From contig OY843766.1 in NCBI GenBank assembly GCA_963693065.1, positions 1,098,212 to 1,162,211 on the forward strand: a stretch of 64,000 bases of DNA. Reading direction: 5' to 3'. The position numbers and the translations under genes are program-made. Shown here in pieces: positions 46,107 to 56,356 of the stretch. The DNA comes from an uncultured Granulicella sp. Its GTDB lineage: Bacteria; Acidobacteriota; Terriglobia; Terriglobales; Acidobacteriaceae. Under the pieces are notes generated by a model. The model saw only the letters and a list, made by a program, of their open reading frames with translations. It did not search any database and was not told the DNA's origin. Every line of letters starts with the position of its first letter. Position 1 is the stretch's first letter.

Positions 46107-47605
46107 ATCCCCTCCCGACCTACGCCTGCATCCACATCCGCGAGCTACCCGCCCAGGCCCTGCTGCGCCTCTCTAAGCCCGCCCCCGGTCCCATAGCCGT
46201 CATGGACGGCAAACCCCCGCTGGAACGCCTTTGCAGCCGCAACCGCGCCGCCGCCCGCATCGGCCTTGAAGCCGGCATGTCCAAAGTTGAAGTCGAGTCC
46301 TTCACAGGCATCCACGTCCTGCGCCGGGACACCAACGCCGAAGCCAAAGCCCGCGCCGTACTCTTGAACTGTGTAGCCCAATTCACCCCGCTCGCCCAGT
46401 GGGTGGACTGCGACGACAAAACCCAATGCTCTCTCACCGTCGATCTCGCAGGCCTGCACCGGTTATTCGGCTCTCCCATCCAGATAGCCCGGCGAATCAA
46501 GTCTGAAGTGCATACCCTTGGCATGTCCGCACAGATAGGCATAAGCAGCAGCTTCCACACCGCCGCCATCCTGGCGAGATCCACTCCCGGCATTACCCTG
46601 GCCGAGCCAGGTCAGGAAGCCCAACGCTTGGCCGAGCTACAAATTTCCCTCTTGCCCATGACTTCACTTGAACGCGAAATCCTGGAAGCCTGGGGAATCG
46701 AGCGCCTCGGCCAGCTCGCAGCCCTCCCCCAAAAAGAACTCGTAAGCCGCATGGGTCAGCCAGGCAGGCGGCTACAACTCCTCGCTTCCGGTAATCTCCC
46801 TCATCTCTTTCAACCCATTGAAGCTCCTTTTCTCCTCGAGCAGCGCCAGCACATGGATCAGCCCGTCGAGCAGATGGACTCTCTCCTCTTCCTGCTCAAC
46901 ACCATGCTCGAGCAGCTCATCACCGCCGCCCGCGACCGTGCTCTCGCCATCGCCACCCTGCGCATCACCGCGGAGCTAGAGGGCGGCGGCCTCTACCTGC
47001 GTGTCCTCCGCCCCGCCCTCCCCACCTGCGACCGCGCCCTCCTCCTCAAGCTCGTGCAGCTCGACATGATCGCACATCCCCCTCCAGCCGGCGTCCTCTC
47101 CCTTGAAGCAACAGCCGACGCCGGCCCAACCGCCAGGCTCCAACTTGGTCTCTTCACCCCCCAGCTCCCCGAGCCCGGCCGCCTGCAGGTCACCCTCGCC
47201 CGCATCGCCGCCATCGTTGGCGAGAGCCGGGTCGGCTGGGCCAAACTTGAAGATACCCACCGTGACGATGCTTGCACCGTAGAAACTTTTGCCGTCAAAC
47301 CAGCATCCTCTACCCAGCACGACCCAATCCCCTGCACCGCAGTTCGCCGCTTACGCTCCACAATCCGCATCACCCCCGTAATGCAGGAGCACAGACCGCG
47401 GAGTTTCTACTATCTCGGCCAGCCCTACACCGTTGACCGCACCTACGGTCCCTGGCAGCGCAGCGGCACCTGGTGGTCTGGCGATATGTGGTCGGTCGAG
47501 CACTGGGACATCGTCGCCTATAGCCCCGCCAAAGACCTCCTGCTCTGCATCCTTGCCCACGATCGTCTACGCAATCACTGGCACGTCGAGGCCATCTATG
47601 ACTAA
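46103..47605 (+). CDS. imuB: ImuB (Y-family DNA polymerase-like, catalytically inactive type)
   Basis: 500 aa. The N-terminus YACIHIRELPAQALLRL and its position between imuA and dnaE2 support the call. Confidence 0.8.
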   Translation: MNPLPTYACIHIRELPAQALLRLSKPAPGPIAVMDGKPPLERLCSRNRAAARIGLEAGMSKVEVESFTGIHVLRRDTNAEAKARAVLLNCVAQFTPLAQWVDCDDKTQCSLTVDLAGLHRLFGSPIQIARRIKSEVHTLGMSAQIGISSSFHTAAILARSTPGITLAEPGQEAQRLAELQISLLPMTSLEREILEAWGIERLGQLAALPQKELVSRMGQPGRRLQLLASGNLPHLFQPIEAPFLLEQRQHMDQPVEQMDSLLFLLNTMLEQLITAARDRALAIATLRITAELEGGGLYLRVLRPALPTCDRALLLKLVQLDMIAHPPPAGVLSLEATADAGPTARLQLGLFTPQLPEPGRLQVTLARIAAIVGESRVGWAKLEDTHRDDACTVETFAVKPASSTQHDPIPCTAVRRLRSTIRITPVMQEHRPRSFYYLGQPYTVDRTYGPWQRSGTWWSGDMWSVEHWDIVAYSPAKDLLLCILAHDRLRNHWHVEAIYD

Positions 47606-50600
47606 CCCCACGACTAACCCTGCACCCGATTACGTAGAGCTTCACGCCGCCAGCGCCTTCAGCTTTCTCGATGGCGCTTCCCTTCCCGAAGCTCTCATCG
47701 AACGCGCCGCCGACCTCGGCATGGATGCCATCGCCCTCACCGATCGCAACGGTCTTTACGGCGCCCCGCGTTTTCAGGCTATGGCCGCTGAAAAAGGCAT
47801 CCGCGCCCACGTCGGCGCTGAAATCCTCTGCCATCGCCCCACCTCTGACCCCCACCGCCTGCCTCTGCTTTGCACCTCCCAGGTCGGCTACCAGAATCTC
47901 TGTCAAATGATCACCCGCTTCAAAATGCGTGAGCCCGCCAAAGCCGAAGGCGCAGCCAGCCTCGACGATCTGCAGGAATTCGCCGGCGGCCTCATCTGCC
48001 TCACCGGCGGCGAGCAGGGTATCCTCGCACGCGCTTTGGCCCAGGGCGGCGAGTCCCAGGCACGCGCTGAACTCGAGCAGCTCACCAACATCTTCGGACC
48101 AGCCAACGTCTTCGTAGAGCTACAGCGCCACGGCCAGCGCGAGCAGGAGCATCGCAATCAGGCCGCTCTCGCCCTAGCCCAATCCCTCCACCTCCCCGTC
48201 CTCGCCACCAATGGCGTCTGTTACGCCACCCAGCCCGAGCGCGAAATCCTCGATCTCTTCACCTGCATCCGCAACGGCGTTTCCCTTGACCATGCCGGCC
48301 GCCTCCTGGCCATGAATTCGCAGCGTTATCTGCGTTCCCCGGCCCGCATGGCGGCTCTCTTTCATGACATCCCTGAAGCCATCGCCAACACCCGTCTGCT
48401 CTCTTCGCGCCTTGATTTCAAGCTCACCGACCTCGGCTACCAGTTCCCCCACTACGACGTGCCCGCCGGCCAGTCCATGGAAAGTTTTCTCCGCGCCCGC
48501 GTCGCAGAAGGCGTCGCCACACGCTACGGCGTCAAGCACAAAGCCTTGCTCAATAAGGCTCTCGCCCAGGTAGAACGCGAGCTCAAGCTCATCCTGCAGC
48601 TCCGCTTTGAAGGCTACTTTCTCATCGTCTGGGACATCATCCGCTACTGCAACTCGCATGACATCCTAGTGCAGGGACGCGGCAGCGCCGCCAACTCTGC
48701 CGTCTGTTACGCCCTCGGCATCACCGCCGTCGATCCCATCGCAATGGATCTCCTCTTCGAGCGTTTCCTCAGTGAAAGCCGCAACGAGTGGCCTGACATT
48801 GACCTCGATCTGCCCTCCGGTGAAAAGCGCGAGCAAGCCATCCAATACGTCTACCGCCGCTACGGAGAACTCGGCGCCGCCATGACCGCCAACGTCATCA
48901 CCTACCGCGGCAAATCCGCCGCACGCGAGGTAGGCAAAACACTCGGCTTCAATGAAGAAACCCTCGCACGCCTCAGCGGTCTCGTCAGTCAGTTCGAGTG
49001 GCGCGGCCCAACCGACAATCTAGTCGGCAACTTCCACACCGCCGGCCTCGACCTCGCCCATCCCCGCATCGCCAAGTACCTCGAGCTTTGCCTCCGCCTG
49101 CAGGATCTCCCCCGTCATCTCGGCCAGCACTCCGGCGGCATGGTCGTCTGCGCCGGCATGCTCAACCGGGTTGTGCCTCTTGAGCGCGCCTCCATGCCCG
49201 GACGTTCCGTCGTCCAATGGGATAAAGACGATTGCTCTGAAATGAAAATCGTCAAAATCGATCTCCTCGGCCTCGGCATGATGGCCGTCCTCAAGGATTG
49301 CCTCGATCTCATCCCCACCCACTACAACCAACCCATCGATCTCGCACAGCTACCCGAAGGCGACGAAGAAACCTATGCCACTCTCCGCCGCGGCGACACC
49401 GTCGGCATGTTCCAGGTCGAATCCCGCGCCCAGATGGCCTCTCTCCCCCGCAACGCGCCCACCCGCTTTTATGATCTCGTCGTCCAGGTCGCCATCATCC
49501 GCCCCGGCCCCATCGTCGGCAAAATGATGCACCCCTACATGCGCCGCCGCCAGAAAAAAGAAGAAATCACCTACCCCCACCCATCCCTTGAACCGGTCCT
49601 CAAGCGAACCCTCGGCGTACCCCTCTTTCAGGAGCAGCTCCTGCGCATGGCCATGGTCGTAGCCGGCTTCACCGGGTCGGAAGCCGAGGAGCTCCGCAAA
49701 GCCGTCGGCATGCGCCGCTCCATCGCAAGAATGAAGCAGCTCGAAGCCAAACTCCGCGCCGGCATGACCTTCAACAGCATCTCCCTCGAGATCCAGGATC
49801 AAATAGTCCAGAGCATCTCATCATTCGCCCTCTACGGCTTTCCTGAGTCGCACGCGGCCAGCTTTGCTTTGATCGCCTACGCCTCCGCCTACTTCAAGGT
49901 GAAGTATCTCGCTGCCTTCACCTGTGCCCTGCTTAACAATCAGCCCATGGGTTTTTACATGCCCGCCGTCGTCGTCAAGGACGCCCAGCGTCATGGCCTC
50001 CGCGTCAAGCCCGTCGACGTGCAGCAATCAGCCACAGCCTGCACTCTTGAAACTGAGCCCGACGGAAAAATCTCTCTGCGCCTTGGTCTCTGCTACGCCA
50101 AAGGACTCCCCGCCAGAACTGCCGAAGCTCTCGTCGCCGCACGCGCCCAGGGACCTTTCTTATCCACCGAAGACCTAACGCTCCGCATCCCCACACTCAA
50201 GCGCCATGACCTCGCTCAACTGGCCCGTATCGGCGCTCTCAACCAGCTGCAAGGGGTAGACCACCGCCGCAACGCCCTGTGGCAAGTCGAGCAGGTGAGC
50301 CGGCCCGTCGGCCCTCTTCTGCAATCCCTTGCCGTCGCCCCACGCGAACATCCCTCGCCGCTCCAGCCCATGACCACCGAGCAAAGATTGATCGCGGACT
50401 ACGCCGGCATGGGCCTCACCACCGGCCCTCATCCCATGGCCTACCGCCGCAAAGAGTTACGCCGTCAGGGCATCGTCAAGGCCGCCGACTTGCACACCAT
50501 CCCCGACGGCCGCATGGTCGTCGCCGCCGGTTGTGTCATCGCACGCCAGCGACCGGGCACAGCCCAGGGCTTCATCTTTCTTTCCCTTGAAGACGAAAGC

Positions 50601-50786
50601 GGCATCGCCAACATCATCGTAAGACCGCAGCTCTTTGAGCAGCACAAGGTCGTCGTCACGCGAGCCAGGTTCCTACGCGTAGAAGGCAAACTCCAAAACC
50701 ACGATGGCGTGATCCACATCATGGCACTCCACCTCGAGCCTCTACAAATGGCAACCATACAAATCAGCTCCCACGACTTCCATTAA
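47598..50786 (+). CDS. dnaE2: error-prone DNA polymerase III alpha-like subunit DnaE2 (ImuC)
   Basis: 1062 aa from the ATG at 47598 (8-nt overlap with imuB). It has a PHP domain (YVELHAASAFSFLDGAS), a Pol III alpha core and a C-terminal OB fold. Confidence 0.9.
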   Translation: MTNPTTNPAPDYVELHAASAFSFLDGASLPEALIERAADLGMDAIALTDRNGLYGAPRFQAMAAEKGIRAHVGAEILCHRPTSDPHRLPLLCTSQVGYQNLCQMITRFKMREPAKAEGAASLDDLQEFAGGLICLTGGEQGILARALAQGGESQARAELEQLTNIFGPANVFVELQRHGQREQEHRNQAALALAQSLHLPVLATNGVCYATQPEREILDLFTCIRNGVSLDHAGRLLAMNSQRYLRSPARMAALFHDIPEAIANTRLLSSRLDFKLTDLGYQFPHYDVPAGQSMESFLRARVAEGVATRYGVKHKALLNKALAQVERELKLILQLRFEGYFLIVWDIIRYCNSHDILVQGRGSAANSAVCYALGITAVDPIAMDLLFERFLSESRNEWPDIDLDLPSGEKREQAIQYVYRRYGELGAAMTANVITYRGKSAAREVGKTLGFNEETLARLSGLVSQFEWRGPTDNLVGNFHTAGLDLAHPRIAKYLELCLRLQDLPRHLGQHSGGMVVCAGMLNRVVPLERASMPGRSVVQWDKDDCSEMKIVKIDLLGLGMMAVLKDCLDLIPTHYNQPIDLAQLPEGDEETYATLRRGDTVGMFQVESRAQMASLPRNAPTRFYDLVVQVAIIRPGPIVGKMMHPYMRRRQKKEEITYPHPSLEPVLKRTLGVPLFQEQLLRMAMVVAGFTGSEAEELRKAVGMRRSIARMKQLEAKLRAGMTFNSISLEIQDQIVQSISSFALYGFPESHAASFALIAYASAYFKVKYLAAFTCALLNNQPMGFYMPAVVVKDAQRHGLRVKPVDVQQSATACTLETEPDGKISLRLGLCYAKGLPARTAEALVAARAQGPFLSTEDLTLRIPTLKRHDLAQLARIGALNQLQGVDHRRNALWQVEQVSRPVGPLLQSLAVAPREHPSPLQPMTTEQRLIADYAGMGLTTGPHPMAYRRKELRRQGIVKAADLHTIPDGRMVVAAGCVIARQRPGTAQGFIFLSLEDESGIANIIVRPQLFEQHKVVVTRARFLRVEGKLQNHDGVIHIMALHLEPLQMATIQISSHDFH

Positions 50787-50819
50787 CATGCGAACCACCG
50801 TTGCAGATGGCGACCATCT

Positions 50820-52340
50820 TCATTGCTGTTCCAGCGAATGCCACTTGTGACCTCGCGCCGCAAGCAGATCATCGGCAGCCGCTGGCCCCGTCGATCCACT
50901 CGCATAGCTTGGCATCTCACCGCCCTGCTCCGGCACCGACCAAGCCTCTAACATCGGCTGCACCATCCGCCAACCCGCTTCCACAAAATCCGCCCGCTGA
51001 AACAGCGTTGGATCTCCCATCATCACATCGTGAAGCAGTCTTTCATAACCCTTTTCATGGTCGCCGAACGGCCCTTCCGGAAAGTCGAAGCACATCACAC
51101 TCTGCTCCACTTCAGTCCGCAAACCAGGCCGTTTTGAACCGAAGAACAACTCGATCTGCTGCTTGGGCCGCATGTTGAAGATCAGCTGATTCGGCGGACC
51201 AACCTCACTCGCCGCCGGAAATAACCGCGCCGGAGGCTGCCGGAATGTCACCACGACTTCCGTCACCGCCTCAGACAAGCGCTTGCCCGTGCGCAGATAA
51301 AAAGGCACACCAGACCATCGCCAATTGTCGATCTGCAGCTCCAGCGCAACATACGTCTCCGTCATCGAATGCGGATCCACGCCGCTCTCTTCACGGTACC
51401 CAGGCAGCTCCTTCCCCGCTACCGTCCCAGGACCGTACTGCGCACGCACCGCGAACTGCGCCACCTCTTCCGGCTTCAACTGCCGGATCGACGCAAGCAG
51501 CTCCACCTGTTTGTCACGCATGTGCTCCGCGTTCAATGACACCGGCGGCTCCATCGCCACCAGCGACAGCACCTCCGCCAGGTGATTGGGCACCATGTCC
51601 CGCAGCGCACCGGACTTCTCATAGAAGCTCGCTCGCTTCTCCACCCCAACCGTCTCCGCCACCGTGATCTGCACATTGTCGATCATCGACCGGTTCCAAA
51701 GCGGCTCCACAATCGCATTTGAAAATCTGAACACCGCCAGGTCCTGCACGGCGTCTTTACCCGCAAAATGGTCGATCCGAAAGATCTGCCCTTCTCCCAT
51801 GCTCTTGCCCAGCTCGGCATTCAAAGCCTTCGCCGATTCCAGATCATGGCCGAACGGCTTTTCAATCACCAATCTTCGCCAGAATCCGTCCCCTTCCACC
51901 AGCAGCTTCGCAGCGCCCAGACATTGCGCAATCCCGCCGATAAAGTCCGGCGCAACCGCCAGATAAAACAAGCGGTTCCCCACCGAGCCACTTCCTCTTT
52001 CCAGCGCATCCAGCTTCTCCTTCACGGCTGTAAACGTCGCCGCGTCATCGAAGTCGCCCGCCTGGTACCCGGCACGCGAGATGATCCACTCTATCGTTTC
52101 TTCCTTCGCATCAGCCCCCCAGAATTCCTTGAGCGTGGATGCGATATGTTCTTTGAACTTCGCATCGTCCCATGCCTCTTTCGCCACACCCAGCAGCCGA
52201 AAGCTCTCAGGTAGAAAGCCTCCCGCCGCAAGATTGTAGAGCGACGGCAGCAGGAGCCGTTTTGTAAGATCGCCCGTCGCTCCAAAGATCGTCACTGAGC
52301 AGCCCGGTAAAAGTTCGTTCGTAACCGGTTCCTCTCCCAT
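50820..52340 (-). CDS. zwf: glucose-6-phosphate dehydrogenase
   Basis: The NADP motif [14 protein letters not shown] and the active-site motif RIDHFAGK are present. The ATG at 52340 overlaps the gnd TGA by 1 nt; the track's TTG start at 52343 is less likely. Confidence 0.95.
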   Translation of the reverse strand: MGEEPVTNELLPGCSVTIFGATGDLTKRLLLPSLYNLAAGGFLPESFRLLGVAKEAWDDAKFKEHIASTLKEFWGADAKEETIEWIISRAGYQAGDFDDAATFTAVKEKLDALERGSGSVGNRLFYLAVAPDFIGGIAQCLGAAKLLVEGDGFWRRLVIEKPFGHDLESAKALNAELGKSMGEGQIFRIDHFAGKDAVQDLAVFRFSNAIVEPLWNRSMIDNVQITVAETVGVEKRASFYEKSGALRDMVPNHLAEVLSLVAMEPPVSLNAEHMRDKQVELLASIRQLKPEEVAQFAVRAQYGPGTVAGKELPGYREESGVDPHSMTETYVALELQIDNWRWSGVPFYLRTGKRLSEAVTEVVVTFRQPPARLFPAASEVGPPNQLIFNMRPKQQIELFFGSKRPGLRTEVEQSVMCFDFPEGPFGDHEKGYERLLHDVMMGDPTLFQRADFVEAGWRMVQPMLEAWSVPEQGGEMPSYASGSTGPAAADDLLAARGHKWHSLEQQ

Positions 52341-53356
52341 CAACTCACCTTTTCCTTGTGACCGCCAAACTCAAACCGCATCGCAGAGAGTAACTTGTTT
52401 GCGTACTCCCCTTTACCCTGCGTGCCGAAACGCGCGAACAGCGCCGCCGTCAGCACATCCGCGGGAACGCCCACATCAATCGCCGCAATGCTCGTCCAGC
52501 GTCCTTCGCCCGAATCTGAAACGCGGCCGCTGAAATCCTTCAGATCCGGCGACTGCAACAAAGCCGCCGCGCTCAGGTCCAGCAGCCACGAAGCAATCAC
52601 GCTCCCCCGCCGCCAAACCTCCGCGATCTCCGGAAGCGGCAGATCGTACTTGTAGTTGTCGGGCTCACGCATCGGCGCCGTTTCCGCGTCGGATTGCTCC
52701 ACCTCAGCGCCGGCATTCGCATGCTTCAACAAGTTCAGACCTTCAGCATAAGCAGCCATAATGCCGTACTCAATCCCGTTATGAACCATCTTCACAAAGT
52801 GTCCAGCGCCCGGCGGCCCGCAATGCAGATACCCATCCTCAGCCGTACTGGCTGCAGCCTTCTCACGCCCTGGTGTTCTGTCGATCGTGCCGATCCCAGG
52901 TGCCAGCGTCTTGAAAATCGGATCGAGCAACTGCACCGCCTCTCCCTCTCCGCCAATCATCATGCAATAGCCGCGCTCCAGCCCGAACACCCCGCCGCTC
53001 GTCCCCACATCCACCCACTTCAAGCCGCTTTCCGCCACCTGCTTCGCCCGCCGCAAGTCGTCCACATAGTGCGAGTTGCCGCCGTCGATCACGATGTCCC
53101 CGGCCGCCAGCAGCGGTGCCAACTCATTCAGCGTCTCGTCCACAACCCCTGCCGGAACCATAAGCCAAACCGCCTTGGGCGACTTCAACTTCCCAGCCAT
53201 ATCGGCCAGTGAAGAAGCGCCCACGGCGCCATCCTTGGCCAACTCCTGCACGCTCTCCGGGTTGCGGTCGAACACCACACACTCGTGCCCGCCCTTTATC
53301 AAACGCCGCACCATATTGGCGCCCATCCTGCCCAGCCCAACCATCGCAATTTGCAT
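52340..53356 (-). CDS. gnd: 6-phosphogluconate dehydrogenase, decarboxylating (short form)
   Basis: 338 aa. The N-terminus is [19 protein letters not shown], followed by a 6PGD C-terminal domain. It is coupled to zwf. Confidence 0.85.
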   Translation of the reverse strand: MQIAMVGLGRMGANMVRRLIKGGHECVVFDRNPESVQELAKDGAVGASSLADMAGKLKSPKAVWLMVPAGVVDETLNELAPLLAAGDIVIDGGNSHYVDDLRRAKQVAESGLKWVDVGTSGGVFGLERGYCMMIGGEGEAVQLLDPIFKTLAPGIGTIDRTPGREKAAASTAEDGYLHCGPPGAGHFVKMVHNGIEYGIMAAYAEGLNLLKHANAGAEVEQSDAETAPMREPDNYKYDLPLPEIAEVWRRGSVIASWLLDLSAAALLQSPDLKDFSGRVSDSGEGRWTSIAAIDVGVPADVLTAALFARFGTQGKGEYANKLLSAMRFEFGGHKEKVS

Positions 53357-53440
53357 TTTCCAACCTCATGACTACCTGTAATGAGATGTAAAAGATCAAC
53401 CCCTCGGGCAAGATGTTTATGCATCGACAGCCGGGAACCA

Positions 53441-54055
53441 CTAATTCACCTTGATCTCCCCCAGAACGTCCGTCGCCGTCGTACGGTCGCCATGGCCACG
53501 GCTTATCTTCTCGAACAGAATCGTACCCGTCTTGTCCACGATGAACGTCGACGGGTACGCCGTTTCGTGCAACGCATCCCAGCGCAGCCCATACAGGTTC
53601 GTCATCTTGTAATCGGGGTCGATCACCAGCTTCACATTCGCAGGCAGGTCCGCCTGCTTGGCAAGAAATTCCTTCGCCCGTTGATCCAGCTCCGCGGCAG
53701 GTCCCGGATACACCAGCAGCACGGTTGCATGCCTGGCCGCAAATTCCGCGCTATGCTCTACAAAATCGTGCACCTGCCGGGTGCAGTAAGGGCATTGATA
53801 CCCGGGGAAACCCCGCAGCAGCACAAGCACCGTCACCGCCTTCGAGCGCTCTGCCCCCAGGCTCACCGCCGCACCCGTCGGCGTGTTCAACGTAAAGTCG
53901 GGCGCCTTCGCTCCCGTCGCCGGCGTCTGCCCGCCCGCCATGCCGAAACCCAGCAGCAAGCAAAACATCGCCAGCGCCCGAGCTGTAAAAGATAGCTTGC
54001 TTACCACCGGCAACACCGGTTGCGACTGCTTGCGTGCGATTGAAAACGTAATCAT
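53441..54055 (-). CDS. secreted AhpC/TSA-family peroxiredoxin / redoxin
   Basis: 204 aa with a signal peptide and a thioredoxin fold carrying FPGYQCPYCTRQ. Confidence 0.75.
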   Translation of the reverse strand: MITFSIARKQSQPVLPVVSKLSFTARALAMFCLLLGFGMAGGQTPATGAKAPDFTLNTPTGAAVSLGAERSKAVTVLVLLRGFPGYQCPYCTRQVHDFVEHSAEFAARHATVLLVYPGPAAELDQRAKEFLAKQADLPANVKLVIDPDYKMTNLYGLRWDALHETAYPSTFIVDKTGTILFEKISRGHGDRTTATDVLGEIKVN

Positions 54056-54127
54056 AAGGCTCCCTTATTTGCTTCTCACGACACCGCAAAAACAAGCGGC
54101 TTTGAAATTTCAAAAGACCCGCAATTC

Positions 54128-55432
54128 TTACAGCCCCGCGTACCAGTCGTACCCGAGCTTGGTCCAGTAATCATCCGGTTGGTCATTGGTATAGGCAATC
54201 AAGCCGATCCGCTTGATCTGCTTATACCCATACTTGATCGGCATATGCAGACGAACCGGAGCCCCATGAAACTGGGTCAACGGCTTGCCCGCCATCGCCG
54301 TGACCAGCAACGATTGAGGGTGCATGCAATCCATCAGGTCGAACCCGCAATAGTAGTCGCCATCCGGCGTCTCCATGTACACATACTTCGGCAGCGATCC
54401 ATCCGCATTCGGCGCAGGCGGATAGGCCTTGATGAAATCAGCCAGCCGATACCCGGTCCAGTGAACGATCTGCGACCAGCCTTCAATGCACTTGAATTGC
54501 GTCACCAGCTCCTGCTCGGGAAGCTTGTGCAGATCATCCATCGTCAACAGCAGCCCAGGCGTGCCGGGGCGCAAGCCGGAGTCCGACTTGCCTGATTCCT
54601 CCTGCCCCCGTTCGCGCTTGCCTCCTGCATCTCCAGACGGCGCCGCTGCTGCCTGTATCGGCGCCGCCATCTTGCCCCCGCCCTGTTTATCGGCCCCGGA
54701 CTGATCTTCCTGCATGCTTTTCGCCGGAGCCTGTGCCCCGTCCGGCTTCGCGGGTGCTCCGCCGTTCGCATTCTCCTCGGCCTGTCGACTCGTCGGCTGA
54801 GCGAAGTCTGCCCTGCCAAAATCTCCACCCTGCGTTCCCGTCGGAGCGACCTTCGGCCCTTGGCCCGGACGAAACTCGGGATGCTTTTCCTGGCTCGGGT
54901 CCACCTTGAACGACGCACTATCCGGTATCAGCGCCAGATCGTCTGAAAGCTTGTAGTCCCACGCCGTCACGTCATCCGCATAACTTTCGCCAAAAGATTT
55001 AGGGTTCGCAACCCCCACCACCTGCAGCCGGTAATTTGCCGGTTCCAGCCTGTTCTTGCAGCCGTAGCCCGCGTTGTAACGCAGTTCTGTTGCCTGTGAA
55101 AGCGGGTACGTCGGTGCCAGGATATGATCGCCCGTCAGCGCCTGCGAAATCTTCTGGTTCGCCACCAACGTATCGCGCAGCAACGCGGGCTGGCCGTTAT
55201 CCGGCGGGTCTAGGTTCAGATAGTAGTAGAGGCTTCCGCCCGCCGCCGCCGCCACACCCATCACCAGCAGCGAGCGGCGCGTGTACTGAGCGGATTGCCT
55301 GCGGATCAGGTCGTCCGAAAGTATGTTGCCGGCTACCGGTTTAATCGATCCGCCAGCCTGCGCAGCAACCGGAGAGGCGCTCACCTCAGCGCCCGCATCC
55401 TTGGCAATTTCCTCTTTATTCTCGTCAGACAT
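54128..55432 (-). CDS. molybdopterin-dependent oxidoreductase (sulfite-oxidase/YedY-like) with low-complexity insertion
   Basis: 434 aa with a Tat-like YTRRSLLVMGVAAAAGG. The C-terminal Moco domain carries the Cys ligand context FKCIEGWS. An insertion of about 120 aa rich in Gly/Ala/Pro/Gln precedes it. Confidence 0.7.
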   Translation of the reverse strand: MSDENKEEIAKDAGAEVSASPVAAQAGGSIKPVAGNILSDDLIRRQSAQYTRRSLLVMGVAAAAGGSLYYYLNLDPPDNGQPALLRDTLVANQKISQALTGDHILAPTYPLSQATELRYNAGYGCKNRLEPANYRLQVVGVANPKSFGESYADDVTAWDYKLSDDLALIPDSASFKVDPSQEKHPEFRPGQGPKVAPTGTQGGDFGRADFAQPTSRQAEENANGGAPAKPDGAQAPAKSMQEDQSGADKQGGGKMAAPIQAAAAPSGDAGGKRERGQEESGKSDSGLRPGTPGLLLTMDDLHKLPEQELVTQFKCIEGWSQIVHWTGYRLADFIKAYPPAPNADGSLPKYVYMETPDGDYYCGFDLMDCMHPQSLLVTAMAGKPLTQFHGAPVRLHMPIKYGYKQIKRIGLIAYTNDQPDDYWTKLGYDWYAGL

Positions 55433-55454
55433 GGCGCTCTCCTATAGGCGTTGT

Positions 55455-56321
55455 TTAGCTGCGATCGGGACTATAAGCCGGTTCCGCCGCGGGGCGAAGC
55501 TCGTAGCCGGAAATCATGGCGCGCAGGTTGTTCCAGCCCGCCCGTGTTACCTGCGCAATATGCACGACGAAAAAGCTGCAATACCCCACCGTCAACCAGA
55601 AGTGCAGCAGGCGCGCCACCTCGTACCCTCCAACCATCGTCGTTAGCACATGCAGCTGCGTCGGCTTGTAAATCGCCAGTCCAGTGACCAAGGACCCCGC
55701 CCCCATAAGAATCACGGAGCTGTACGCAATCTGCTGGGCTCCATTGAACTTGCTCTTCGGCGGTTCTTCCTTGCGAATTCCCAGGTCATGCAACGTCACC
55801 TCGATCGCCTGCCGGAAGCTATGCCGCGTCGGCAGCAAAAACCGCCATTCGCCTGACACAAACGTGTAGAGCACGTAAGCCACGCCGTTACCGATGAAAA
55901 GCCACATGAAGAAAAAGTGGAATCCCAGCCCCTTCGTCACGTTGTAGTGCGCGTGAATCGCTGTATAGAACCACTCCGGAAAAAACCGGAAAAGCGTAAA
56001 GTTCCCCCAGCCCACGCGGTAAACATGGTGAGCCTGCCCGACCAGCGGAATCGAATCGTTCCAATAGATCAGCCAGCCGGACCAGATCATCGTAGCCACC
56101 AGCGGAAAGTTCATCCAGTGCATCCAGCGGATCGCCAGCGGATGCTTCTTCTCCAGCCTCACCGTCGGCACCGTGGGATCCACCACCTCCGCCGGCGCCG
56201 CGCCCATAGGCGTCTGCACCGGCCCCAGCACCGGCGCCCCGATGCCTGCCACATCCACATCGTCGAGCCCGGCCGCCAGGTTCATACTGCTGCCTTCAAC
56301 CCCTTCATCTCGCTTCATCAT
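55455..56321 (-). CDS. membrane cytochrome b (Ni/Fe-hydrogenase b-type / PhsC-like family)
   Basis: 288 aa with four hydrophobic helices. HPLAIRWMHWMNFPLV and later His residues fit the b-type cytochrome family. Confidence 0.65.
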   Translation of the reverse strand: MMKRDEGVEGSSMNLAAGLDDVDVAGIGAPVLGPVQTPMGAAPAEVVDPTVPTVRLEKKHPLAIRWMHWMNFPLVATMIWSGWLIYWNDSIPLVGQAHHVYRVGWGNFTLFRFFPEWFYTAIHAHYNVTKGLGFHFFFMWLFIGNGVAYVLYTFVSGEWRFLLPTRHSFRQAIEVTLHDLGIRKEEPPKSKFNGAQQIAYSSVILMGAGSLVTGLAIYKPTQLHVLTTMVGGYEVARLLHFWLTVGYCSFFVVHIAQVTRAGWNNLRAMISGYELRPAAEPAYSPDRS

Positions 56322-56356
56322 CTCTCTCCATCCTCTTGCCCTGAAAGTCTGAAAGT

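Noticed and set aside
44524-50820. Intact genomic island or prophage at tRNA-Lys (and likewise at tRNA-Glu).
   Set aside because: I found no integrase, excisionase, transposase or direct repeat of the tRNA 3' end. The GC of the imu genes is similar to that of their surroundings.
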